From Hydrogenophilus sp. (GTDB taxonomy: Bacteria > Pseudomonadota > Gammaproteobacteria > Burkholderiales > Thiobacillaceae), in NCBI GenBank assembly GCA_020725265.1, contig DYFK01000008.1, forward strand, positions 616-64,615: a stretch of DNA of 64,000 nucleotides. The letters are read 5' to 3'. The position numbers and the translations under genes are program-made. The notes below the pieces were generated by a model, which was given only the letters and a program-made list of their open reading frames with translations, was not told the origin of the DNA and searched no databases. Of the stretch, positions 11,062 through 19,124 are shown in pieces; within the stretch, counting starts at the first letter, position 1; each line of letters begins with the position of its first letter.

Positions 11062-12459
11062 ATGAAGAACATCGAATTCCGTACCGCGACCTCGGCCCAG
11101 GGCGGCCTGGTGGTCATGAGCGGGGTACCCGGCGTCGCCTCCGGCTCGCGCGTGCAACTGCGCGACCACGCCGGCCGCGTGCGCTCGGGGCTGGTCATCC
11201 GCGCCGCCGACGAGGCGGTGCTGGTGGAAGTCTTCGAGGGCACCGACGAACTCGACCTGGAACGCACCTGGGTGCGCTTTCTCGACGAGCCGTTCAAGCT
11301 GCCGGTGTCGCGCGACATCATGGGCCGCGTCTTCAATGGCGCCGGCGTGCCGCGCGACGGCCGGCCGCCGATCGTGTCCGCCGACCGCCGAGACGTCAAC
11401 GGTGAACCGCTCAACCCGGCGGCGCGCGCCTATCCGCGCGAATTCATCCAGACCGGCATTTCCGCGATCGACGGCATGAATTCGCTGACCCGCGGCCAGA
11501 AGCTGCCGATCTTTTCCGGCGGCGGCCTGCCGCACAACCGGGTCGCCGCGCAGATCGTGCGCCAGGCCAAGCTGCTCGGCGAGGACGCCGCCGAATTCGT
11601 GGTGGTGTTCGCCGCCTTCGGTGCCTCGCACGCCGACGCCCGCTTCTTCCAGGAAAGCTTCGAGGAATCCGGCGTGCTCAACAAGGTCGTGATGTTCCTG
11701 AACCTGGCCGACGAGCCGGTGATCGAGCGCCTGCTGACGCCGCGCGCGGCGCTCACCGCCGCCGAATACCTGGCCTTCGACCTCGATTACCACGTGCTGG
11801 TGGTGATGACCGACATGACCGCCTACGCCGAGGCGCTGCGCGAGGTGGCGGTGTTGCGCGGCGACGTGCCGGCGCGCAAGGGCTATCCCGGCTACCTGTA
11901 TTCCGACCTCGCCGAAATCTACGAACGCGCCGGCCGCATCAAGAACCGGCGCGGTTCCATCACCATGATTCCGGTGCTGTCGATGCCGTCCGACGACATC
12001 ACCCATCCGATTCCCGACCTGTCCGGCTACATCACCGAGGGCCAGATCGTGCTCGGCCGCGAGCTTGCCAACCAGGGCGTCTACCCGCCGGTATCGGTGC
12101 TGCCCTCGCTGTCGCGCCTGATGAAGGACGGCATCGGCAAGAACTTCACGCGCGAGGATCATCCCCATGTCGCCAGCCAGCTGTTCGCCAGCTACGCTAA
12201 GGCGCTGGAAATCCGGGGGCTGGCCGCGATCATCGGCGCCGAGGAGCTGTCCGACGCCGACCGCCGCTACCTCCAGTTCGCGGAAGCCTTCGAAACCCGC
12301 TTCATCGGCCAGGGCGAGGACGAGGACCGCAGCGTGTACGAAACCCTCAACCTGGCCTGGGATCTCCTGTCCACCCTGCCGCCGGAAGCGCTGATCCGCG
12401 TCAGCGAGGAAGAACTGGCCAAGTATCACAAGTGGCAGGCCGGAGCGGAGGCGGCATGA
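11062..12459 (+). CDS. atpB: A/V-type ATPase subunit B
   Basis: 465 aa. SAIDGMNSLTRGQKLPIFSG and TDMTAYAEALREV are typical of the non-catalytic B subunit. Confidence 0.95.
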   Translation: MKNIEFRTATSAQGGLVVMSGVPGVASGSRVQLRDHAGRVRSGLVIRAADEAVLVEVFEGTDELDLERTWVRFLDEPFKLPVSRDIMGRVFNGAGVPRDGRPPIVSADRRDVNGEPLNPAARAYPREFIQTGISAIDGMNSLTRGQKLPIFSGGGLPHNRVAAQIVRQAKLLGEDAAEFVVVFAAFGASHADARFFQESFEESGVLNKVVMFLNLADEPVIERLLTPRAALTAAEYLAFDLDYHVLVVMTDMTAYAEALREVAVLRGDVPARKGYPGYLYSDLAEIYERAGRIKNRRGSITMIPVLSMPSDDITHPIPDLSGYITEGQIVLGRELANQGVYPPVSVLPSLSRLMKDGIGKNFTREDHPHVASQLFASYAKALEIRGLAAIIGAEELSDADRRYLQFAEAFETRFIGQGEDEDRSVYETLNLAWDLLSTLPPEALIRVSEEELAKYHKWQAGAEAA

Positions 12460-12470
12460 TGGGTCGGGAT

Positions 12471-12580
12471 GAGTGGCGAGTCGCGAGTGGCAAGTGGGGA
12501 TTCCACGTGCTCCACCGGCGACTTGCGACTTGCCACTCGCGACTCGCCACTCGCGACTTGCGACTTGCCACTCGCCACTC
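12471..12580. repeat. Heptamer-periodic palindromic array
   Basis: Left arm GAGTGGCGAGTCGCGAGTGGCAAGT (12471-12495) has a perfect reverse complement at about 12527-12551. The C-rich arm continues as about 9 GCSACTY heptamers up to 3 nt before the atpD ATG. Confidence 0.85.
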
Positions 12581-12583
12581 ACC

Positions 12584-13210
12584 ATGAAAAAACGTCTGTC
12601 CGTCCCCCCCACCAAGAGCGCGCTGCTCCAGATCGGCCGCCAGGTCCGCTTTCTCGACCAGGGCCGGCAGATGCTGGAGAAGAAGCGTGATTTACTGACC
12701 CGGCTGGTGTACGAACGGCTGGCGCAGTACCGCGAACTGCGCGCGCGCACCATCGAGGAACTGGCCGAGGCCTATCGCTGGCTTGGCATCGTGCAGATGC
12801 GCATGGGCGGCCAGATGCTGCGCCAGGCTTCGGTTGGCCTGAAACCGGCGGTGGCGATCCGGGTGGTGGCGCGTTCCAGCGTCGGCGTCGAATACCCGAG
12901 CGTGTCGGCCGAGGCGTTGCCGTTGCAACCGGTCGGCCTGATGTGGACCGACGTCAGTTTCGACGAAGCCCGGCTGCGGCTTCGGGAACTGACGGTGACG
13001 CTGGCGCGTCTCGGAGAGGCGGAGAACGCGCTGTGGCGTCTGCTGGCCGCCAGCCGCAAGACGCAGAAACGGGTCAACGCGCTCAAGTACAACATCATCC
13101 CCCGCTACCAGGCGACGGTGCGCCACATCCGCGCCGCCCTGGAGGAGGACGAGCGCAATACCCTGTTCCAGATCAAGGTGTTGCGCGCGCGCGCGGCCGA
13201 CGCCGCCTGA
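12584..13210 (+). CDS. atpD: A/V-type ATPase central-stalk subunit D
   Basis: MKKRLSVPPTKSALLQIGRQVRFLDQGRQMLEKKRDLL is a typical D-subunit N-terminus. The ORF-track start at 12473 only translates the repeat array. Confidence 0.85.
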   Translation: MKKRLSVPPTKSALLQIGRQVRFLDQGRQMLEKKRDLLTRLVYERLAQYRELRARTIEELAEAYRWLGIVQMRMGGQMLRQASVGLKPAVAIRVVARSSVGVEYPSVSAEALPLQPVGLMWTDVSFDEARLRLRELTVTLARLGEAENALWRLLAASRKTQKRVNALKYNIIPRYQATVRHIRAALEEDERNTLFQIKVLRARAADAA

Positions 13211-13284
13211 CTTCTCCGCCCGCGCCGGCGCGGTGTCCGCCGGTATCGGCCTCGCGCCGAGCCATCAGGAAGAGAGGAGATGTC

Positions 13285-13794
13285 ATGAAAAAAGTCCTGT
13301 ACCCGCTGTTGCCCCTGCTGTGCGCGCCGTTGCTGACCGGTGGCGCCCAGGCCGACGATCTGACGGTCATCGTCAAGATTCCACGCCTGACCATGGAAGC
13401 CTCGGAAAAAATCGCGCGCGCCACCGTCGACGCCTGCCGCAAGCAAGGCGTGCAGATCGGCGTCACCGTGGTCGATCGCGGTGGCGATGCCATGGTGTTC
13501 ATGCGCGACACCCTGGCGCCGACCGTGACCATCGAGATCAGCCGGCAGAAGGCGTTCACCGCCGTCAACTTCAACGCGCCGCTGTCGACCATGGAAGACC
13601 GGTTCACCAAACCGTTCTCGGTGGGCAAGGTCGACGGTCTGGTGTTCTCGGCCGGTGGCATCCCGATCACCGCCGCCGGCAACATCGTCGGCGCGGTCGG
13701 CGTGTCCGGCGCGCCGTCCGGAGAGCAGGACGAAGCCTGCGCGCGCGAGGGAATCAAGAGCATCGCCTTCGAGCTGGAAAGCGCCAGTCTGTAA
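13285..13794 (+). CDS. Secreted GlcG/HbpS-like (DUF336) haem-binding family protein
   Basis: RBS AGGAAGAGAGGAGA. Signal peptide MKKVLYPLLPLLCAPLLTGGAQA. GVTVVDRGGD and GAVGVSGAPSGEQDEACA match GlcG family signatures. Confidence 0.75.
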   Translation: MKKVLYPLLPLLCAPLLTGGAQADDLTVIVKIPRLTMEASEKIARATVDACRKQGVQIGVTVVDRGGDAMVFMRDTLAPTVTIEISRQKAFTAVNFNAPLSTMEDRFTKPFSVGKVDGLVFSAGGIPITAAGNIVGAVGVSGAPSGEQDEACAREGIKSIAFELESASL

Positions 13795-13892
13795 GTCCTC
13801 CGCGAGTGATTAGGGAACTTCCCTATAACTTTGGTTAAATAAAATCGTCATTCGGCCGATAATCGCCCCTTTCAGTTCGGACGATTATCGGC

Positions 13893-14921
13893 GTGCGCGT
13901 TGACGGAGTATCCATCTCGATCGGCATCCTGGCGGCGGCCGCGATACTGGCTTGGCTGGGATGGCGCGGGGGCGATGGCGCGGAATCGGCAACGCAAGCC
14001 TGGTTCCCGCCGGCGACCGACCGGCAGATCACGCCGATCCCCGCCACTCTGCCGCTCGATCCGCGCAAGGTGGCGCTCGGCCGACGCCTGTTTCACGACA
14101 CCCGTCTGTCACGCGACGGGACCGTTGCCTGCGCGAGCTGCCACGATATCGGCCGTGCCGGCGTCGATGGCCGGCCGCGCGCGATCGGCATCGACGGCCG
14201 CGTCGGCGAGGTCAATAGTCCGACCGTTTTCAACAGTGGTTTCAGTTTCCGTCAGTTCTGGGATGGCCGCGCCGCGAGCCTGGAGGCACAGGTCGAGGGG
14301 CCCGTGCACAACCCGCTGGAAATGAACACCAACTGGTCGGAAGTGATCGCCAGGCTGGCGCGCGACGAGACCTATGTCGAGTCCTTCCGGGCAATCTGGC
14401 CGGCCGGGATTTCGGCCGCGCGCATCGAAAGCGCGATCGCCGAATTCGAACGCGCGCTGCTGACGCCGGACGCACCGTTCGACCGTTATCTGGAGGGCGA
14501 AGCCGGCGCGTTGTCGCCGTTGGCCCGGCAGGGCTGGGACCGGTTCCGGGAGCTCGGCTGCATCGCCTGCCATCAGGGCATCAACGTCGGCGGCAACATG
14601 TACGCCAACCTCGGCGTGATGGGCGATTTCTTCGCGGAACGCGGCAAGCCGCTGGTGAAGGCCGATCTGGGCCGCTACAACGTCAGCGGTCGCGAGCAGG
14701 ATCGCCATGTGTTCAAGGTGCCGAGCCTGCGCAATGTCGCCCTGACCGCGCCGTATTTCCACGATGGCTCGATCGCGACCCTGGACGAGGCGGTCGAGAC
14801 CATGGCGCGCTACCAGTTGGGCATCCGTCTGCCGATCGGCGATCGGCAAGCGCTGGTCGCCTTCCTCGAAAGCCTGAGCGGACGGCAGCCGGATAGCGCG
14901 GAAATGGGACCGGTCCGGTGA
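13893..14921 (+). CDS. Di-haem cytochrome c peroxidase (CCP/MauG family)
   Basis: Two CXXCH motifs (CASCHD, CIACHQ), the conserved FKVPSLRN and APYFHDGS, and an N-terminal anchor helix. GTG start, so the start is uncertain. Confidence 0.9.
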   Translation: MRVDGVSISIGILAAAAILAWLGWRGGDGAESATQAWFPPATDRQITPIPATLPLDPRKVALGRRLFHDTRLSRDGTVACASCHDIGRAGVDGRPRAIGIDGRVGEVNSPTVFNSGFSFRQFWDGRAASLEAQVEGPVHNPLEMNTNWSEVIARLARDETYVESFRAIWPAGISAARIESAIAEFERALLTPDAPFDRYLEGEAGALSPLARQGWDRFRELGCIACHQGINVGGNMYANLGVMGDFFAERGKPLVKADLGRYNVSGREQDRHVFKVPSLRNVALTAPYFHDGSIATLDEAVETMARYQLGIRLPIGDRQALVAFLESLSGRQPDSAEMGPVR

Positions 14922-17542
14922 CGCGCCGGCCGAGGTCACTCCATGTCTGGACGCTGCTGGTCCTGGGCGTGGTTGCGGTGGCGACCGTGCTGCTGATGCC
15001 CGGCGTGGTCGGCGAGGTCGAACGCCATGAAATCCTGCGCGCGCGCATCGCCGCGCTTCAGGTCGCGCACAGTCGCTTGCGCGAGCTGGTCATTGGGCTG
15101 CGCCACGGTGTCGGCGCCAATTACGACGAGGCCAATGCCTGGGTCGCGCGCATCCATGCCGACCAGACCGCGCTGGCGGCGGAGATCGCGCGGGTCCCGG
15201 CGTTGCGAGCGGCGTGGACCGACTACCGCGACGCCGAGCGGAATCTCGAGATGCGTTGGGAGGATTTCAAGCTACGTAACGCCGTGGTGCGCAATTCCCT
15301 GCGCTATTTCCAGAGCGACGCGCCCAGGTTCATGCGCGGCCTGCCCGCTGGCGGCGACGTCGGCCAGCACGAGATCGCCGCGCTCGGCAATGCCCTGTTC
15401 CTGCAGGCCCTGGGCGAGAGTCGGGAAGTCGATGAGGAGGCGCGCGCGACCCTGGCGCGTCTGCGCGCGCTCGGCGAGCGGTTGCCCACCGAACATCGCG
15501 CCGAATTCGAACGTCTGGTCCGGCACGCCGACATCGTCGGCGTGCAAAGCCCGCTGCTGGAGCGCGACCTCGCCGAACTCGCGCACGGCGCCGGCCATGT
15601 CGCGCTCAACCGTCTGGCCGAAGCCAACCAGGGCCTGCTGATCGCCGAACAGGCGCGGGTCGGCCGCTACCGCGCCGGCCTGCTGCTCGGCGTCGCCTTG
15701 TTGCTGGCGGCGCTGGCGATGCTGGCCGGACGCTATTTCGACAGCCTGCGCCAGCGCGAACGCGATCTGCGTCTGGCCGGTACCGTGTTCGACAGCAGCC
15801 AGCAGGGCATCATCGTCACCGACCGCGCCGGCGACATCCTGCGCGTCAACCAGGCCTACTGCGCGATGACCGGCTACGCCAAGGCCGAACTGATCGGCCG
15901 TAATCCACGCCTGCTCAAATCCGGCCTGCATCCCCCCGATTTTTACCGCGAGCTGTGGCGGAGCCTGCTCGATACCGGCCGCTGGCGGGGTGAACTGCGC
16001 AACCGGCGCAAGGATGGCCGACATTACGTGCAATGGATCAACATCGACGCGGTCGACACCGAGGCCGGCGAGCGCCTGTACGTCGGCATCGCCTCCGACA
16101 TCTCGGAACTGGTGGAGTCGCGCGAGCGGCTGGCCAGCCTGGCCTATTACGACACGCTCACCGCCCTGCCCAATCGGGCGCTGTTCCACGACCGCCTGCG
16201 CCAGGGGCTGGCCCAGGCCCGGCGCGACCGGACCAGTCTGGCGCTGGTCTTCGTCGATCTCGACAATTTCAAGACCATCAACGACACCCTCGGCCACGCC
16301 GCCGGCGACGAGCTGCTGATCGAGGTCGCCCGTCGGCTGCGCGCCTGCGTGCGCGCGAGCGATACCGTCGCCCGGCTTGGTGGCGACGAGTTCGCGCTGG
16401 TGCTGGTGGATGCCGGCGGACCGGCGGAACTGGCGCGCATCGCCAGCCAGATCGTCGAATCGCTGGCGGCGCCGACCAAGGTTCAGGGCTACGACGTCGC
16501 CGGCGGCGCCAGCCTGGGCGTCACCTTCTATCCGACCGATGGCAACACCGCCGATCAACTGCTGAAGAACGCCGATGTCGCCATGTATCGGGCCAAGGAT
16601 CGCGGTCGCAACAACTTCCAGTTCTTCACCGACGACATGGCGGCGACCGTGGCCGAAGCCCTGCGCATCGAGAACGGCCTGCGCCAGGCGCTGGCGGCCG
16701 GCGAGCTGTACCTGCATTACCAGCCCCAGATCGCGGCCGATGGCCGGGTGCCGGCGGCCGAGGCGCTGATGCGCTGGGATTCGCGCGAACTGGGCCGGGT
16801 GCCACCGTCGCGCTTCATTCCGGTCGCCGAGAAGAGCGGTCTGATCACCGACATGGGCTGCTTCGCCCTGCGCGAGGCCTGCCGCCAGTGCGCCGACTGG
16901 CGGGTCCGGCTGGACCCGGCGATGCGTGTCTCGGTCAACCTCTCCGCCGCCCAGTTCCGCCATGACGGCCTGGCCGAACGCATCGCCGCCATCCTCCACG
17001 AATACGGGCTGCCGGGCGACGCGCTGGAACTGGAGATCACCGAATCGGTGGTGATGGAGGATGTCGATCGCGGTCAAGCGGTGTTGCGCCGCCTGAAATC
17101 GCTGGGCTGCCGGCTGGCCATCGACGACTTCGGCACCGGTTACTCCTCGCTCGCCTATCTGCGCCGCTTCCCGGTCGATGTGCTCAAGATCGACAAATCC
17201 TTCGTCGACGGTCTCGGCGTCGAAAGCGACGATACCGCCGTCGCCGAGGCCGTCATCGGCCTGGCCCGAGGCCTGCATCTGCAAGTGGTGGCGGAAGGCG
17301 TGGAAACGCTCGAGCAACTCGAATGCCTGACCGGTCTGGCCGGCGACCAGGGCTTCATCGCCCAGGGCTTCCTGTACGCGCCGCCGCTGGCGCCGGCGGA
17401 GTTCGAGGCGCGCTACCCGGCGTTCGGGGCCGGCGCGGGAGCGGGAGCGGGCGTGGGAGCTGGAGCGGGAGCGGGCGTGGGAACGGGAGCGGGAGCGGGA
17501 GCGGGAGCGGGCAGGGGCGCAGGCATCAGCCCGGGCGGCTGA
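14918..17542 (+). CDS. Membrane sensor PAS-GGDEF-EAL protein (c-di-GMP turnover)
   Basis: Two TM helices flank a ~230-aa periplasmic region. PAS domain, then RASD...GGDEF (I-site plus active site), then EALMRW and DDFGTGYSSL. The start overlaps the CCP stop (GTGA). C-terminal (GA)n tail. Confidence 0.9.
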   Translation: MTRRPRSLHVWTLLVLGVVAVATVLLMPGVVGEVERHEILRARIAALQVAHSRLRELVIGLRHGVGANYDEANAWVARIHADQTALAAEIARVPALRAAWTDYRDAERNLEMRWEDFKLRNAVVRNSLRYFQSDAPRFMRGLPAGGDVGQHEIAALGNALFLQALGESREVDEEARATLARLRALGERLPTEHRAEFERLVRHADIVGVQSPLLERDLAELAHGAGHVALNRLAEANQGLLIAEQARVGRYRAGLLLGVALLLAALAMLAGRYFDSLRQRERDLRLAGTVFDSSQQGIIVTDRAGDILRVNQAYCAMTGYAKAELIGRNPRLLKSGLHPPDFYRELWRSLLDTGRWRGELRNRRKDGRHYVQWINIDAVDTEAGERLYVGIASDISELVESRERLASLAYYDTLTALPNRALFHDRLRQGLAQARRDRTSLALVFVDLDNFKTINDTLGHAAGDELLIEVARRLRACVRASDTVARLGGDEFALVLVDAGGPAELARIASQIVESLAAPTKVQGYDVAGGASLGVTFYPTDGNTADQLLKNADVAMYRAKDRGRNNFQFFTDDMAATVAEALRIENGLRQALAAGELYLHYQPQIAADGRVPAAEALMRWDSRELGRVPPSRFIPVAEKSGLITDMGCFALREACRQCADWRVRLDPAMRVSVNLSAAQFRHDGLAERIAAILHEYGLPGDALELEITESVVMEDVDRGQAVLRRLKSLGCRLAIDDFGTGYSSLAYLRRFPVDVLKIDKSFVDGLGVESDDTAVAEAVIGLARGLHLQVVAEGVETLEQLECLTGLAGDQGFIAQGFLYAPPLAPAEFEARYPAFGAGAGAGAGVGAGAGAGVGTGAGAGAGAGRGAGISPGG

Positions 17543-18033
17543 CTCGGACGCGGCGGCAAGGGAGCCATTGGCGCCGGCAACGGCGGCAACCGGTAGGGCT
17601 GGTTCTTCAACGGCGGCGGCGTCAGCTTTTCCTTGAGGCCACGCGCCAGATCCCGCTCCAGCTGCCGGATCAGGTTATCCATGTAGTGGCCGCCTTCCTT
17701 CTTCATCCGCATCGTCAGGATTTCGAGCTTGAACGAGATGTCGGGCGGTAGGTAGACCTCTTCGCCCTTGAAGGCCGCGATCACCGAATCGCGCATGTAT
17801 TCGAACAGCAGATCCAGTTCATCCTCGGTGAAATAGTTGCGCAGCGAGCGGCCGAGGTCGGACAGGGTGGGCGAAGCCGGCGCTGGCGCGGCTGCCCGTG
17901 TTTCCGGCTCCGCGCTCGCGGCCGGCGGCTGGCCGTTGGCCGCGTTCGGCGGGACGCCGTTGTTACCGGCCAGCGCGGGCAGGCACAAACCGGTGGAAAG
18001 CAGCACGGCGAAGAGGCGGGCGGATCGGATCAT
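17413..18033 (-). CDS. Secreted proline-rich protein of unknown function
   Basis: Signal peptide MIRSARLFAVLLSTGLCLPALAG. The Pro-rich tail begins outside the overlap (TPPPLKNQPYRLPPLPAPMAPLPPRPSQPP) and runs into the (PA)n repeat. Last gene of the minus-strand phosphorelay operon. Confidence 0.6.
   Translation of the reverse strand: MIRSARLFAVLLSTGLCLPALAGNNGVPPNAANGQPPAASAEPETRAAAPAPASPTLSDLGRSLRNYFTEDELDLLFEYMRDSVIAAFKGEEVYLPPDISFKLEILTMRMKKEGGHYMDNLIRQLERDLARGLKEKLTPPPLKNQPYRLPPLPAPMAPLPPRPSQPPGLMPAPLPAPAPAPAPVPTPAPAPAPTPAPAPAPAPNAG
17426..17524. repeat. Hexanucleotide tandem repeat (GGAGCG-like, about 16 units, with an internal 24-nt duplication)
   Basis: GGAGCGGGAGCGGGCGTGGGAGCT / GGAGCGGGAGCGGGCGTGGGAACG followed by four GGAGCG. 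Encodes (GA)n on the + strand and (PA)n on the - strand. Confidence 0.9.
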
Positions 18034-18086
18034 GGGGAAACGCGCTTGGGGGAAGCCCCGATGTTACTTTGAAACGCGACGGTGCA

Positions 18087-19124
18087 TCACGCTGTCCGCG
18101 CGTCCGCGAGGAATCGTTCGATCTTGCCGAGCAATCCGTCACGGGTGAATGGCTTGACCACGAAGTCGGCGGCACCGGCGGCCAGACTGTCGACCACCAT
18201 GCGTTTGCCGCTGTGGCCGGTGAGCATGATCACCGGCAGGTCGGAGAGTCTGGGTGCCGACCTGATCCGGCGGGTCATCTCAATGCCGTCGGTATCGGGC
18301 AGATTGATGTCCATCAGCACCAGATCCGGCTGGCGCTCGCGCAAATGCCCCCAGGCTTCCTGGCAGGAGCGCGCGCCAATCAGATCGATGTTCTGGCCTG
18401 CCAGCATGCGCGCGACCAGCGCGTGTTGCATGTCGTCATCATCGACCAGCAGCACCAGGGGGCGCACGCGAGCGGCGAGGGCGGCCAAGGCGCGGGCCGA
18501 TTCGACCTGTGGCGCCAGGGCTTCGGCCATCGCGCCGGCCCAGCGTCGGACCGGCGCGATCACCTCGCCGACCAGTTCGGCGGCGGAGCCGGCGCCGAGC
18601 AGACGCCGGTCGGCTTCGTCCAGATGGCGTCGGCCCTGTTCCTCGTAGCCGGCAAGCGCGCGTTCGAGGTCGGCGACGCGCCGGGCCTGGGTGGCGAAGG
18701 CGCGCGCGTCCGGCATGTCGGGAGAGGCCAGATCGAGTTCGCGCAGCGCGTGGTGGACAGCCATGCGCAGGCGTGGCGCGTCATGGTTGAACGGCCAGAA
18801 CACCACGTAATCGTCGAAACACTCCTGTCGGCATAACTGATAGGCGCGCAAGGTTTCCTCGGCCGCGCAGAGCACGACCACCCGATGCGGATGGCCGTGG
18901 ATCAGGCGGCTGCGGCGGTACAGGGCGAGGCCGAAACCCTGCGCGCGCTCCATTGGCCGGAACGCGAGCACCAGCACGCGTGGTGGCTGCCGGTCGAATA
19001 CCTCGGCGGCCTGATCGGCATCGGCCGTGGTCACTTCGTCGAATTCCTCGGAGAGCAGGCGTCGGATCAGGTCGGCGTCCATCGTTGCCGCCGCCACGAC
19101 GAGGATGAGTCCCGTCCGGTTCAT
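18087..19124 (-). CDS. Response regulator with N-terminal pseudo-receiver and C-terminal receiver domain
   Basis: Its ATG overlaps the upstream stop (ATGA at 19121-19124). C-terminal REC has LLVDDDD, LVLMDINLPDTDG and VKPF. The N-terminal REC-like fold lacks the acceptor Asp (VLVLAFRPMERA). Confidence 0.8.
   Translation of the reverse strand: MNRTGLILVVAAATMDADLIRRLLSEEFDEVTTADADQAAEVFDRQPPRVLVLAFRPMERAQGFGLALYRRSRLIHGHPHRVVVLCAAEETLRAYQLCRQECFDDYVVFWPFNHDAPRLRMAVHHALRELDLASPDMPDARAFATQARRVADLERALAGYEEQGRRHLDEADRRLLGAGSAAELVGEVIAPVRRWAGAMAEALAPQVESARALAALAARVRPLVLLVDDDDMQHALVARMLAGQNIDLIGARSCQEAWGHLRERQPDLVLMDINLPDTDGIEMTRRIRSAPRLSDLPVIMLTGHSGKRMVVDSLAAGAADFVVKPFTRDGLLGKIERFLADARTA

Noticed and set aside
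12473-12583. The N-terminal 37 aa of the ORF-track version of subunit D. Also the repeat-encoded peptides such as [14 protein letters not shown] in ORF 32875-34353(-).
   Set aside because: They are translations of the intergenic repeat arrays. The conserved protein starts after the array.
17426-17524. The Gly-Ala repeat as a functional silk- or collagen-like domain of the GGDEF-EAL protein.
   Set aside because: It lies after the end of the EAL domain. It is fully explained as the antisense reading of the Pro-Ala tail of the convergent gene. GGA and GCT codon usage is atypical for this genome.
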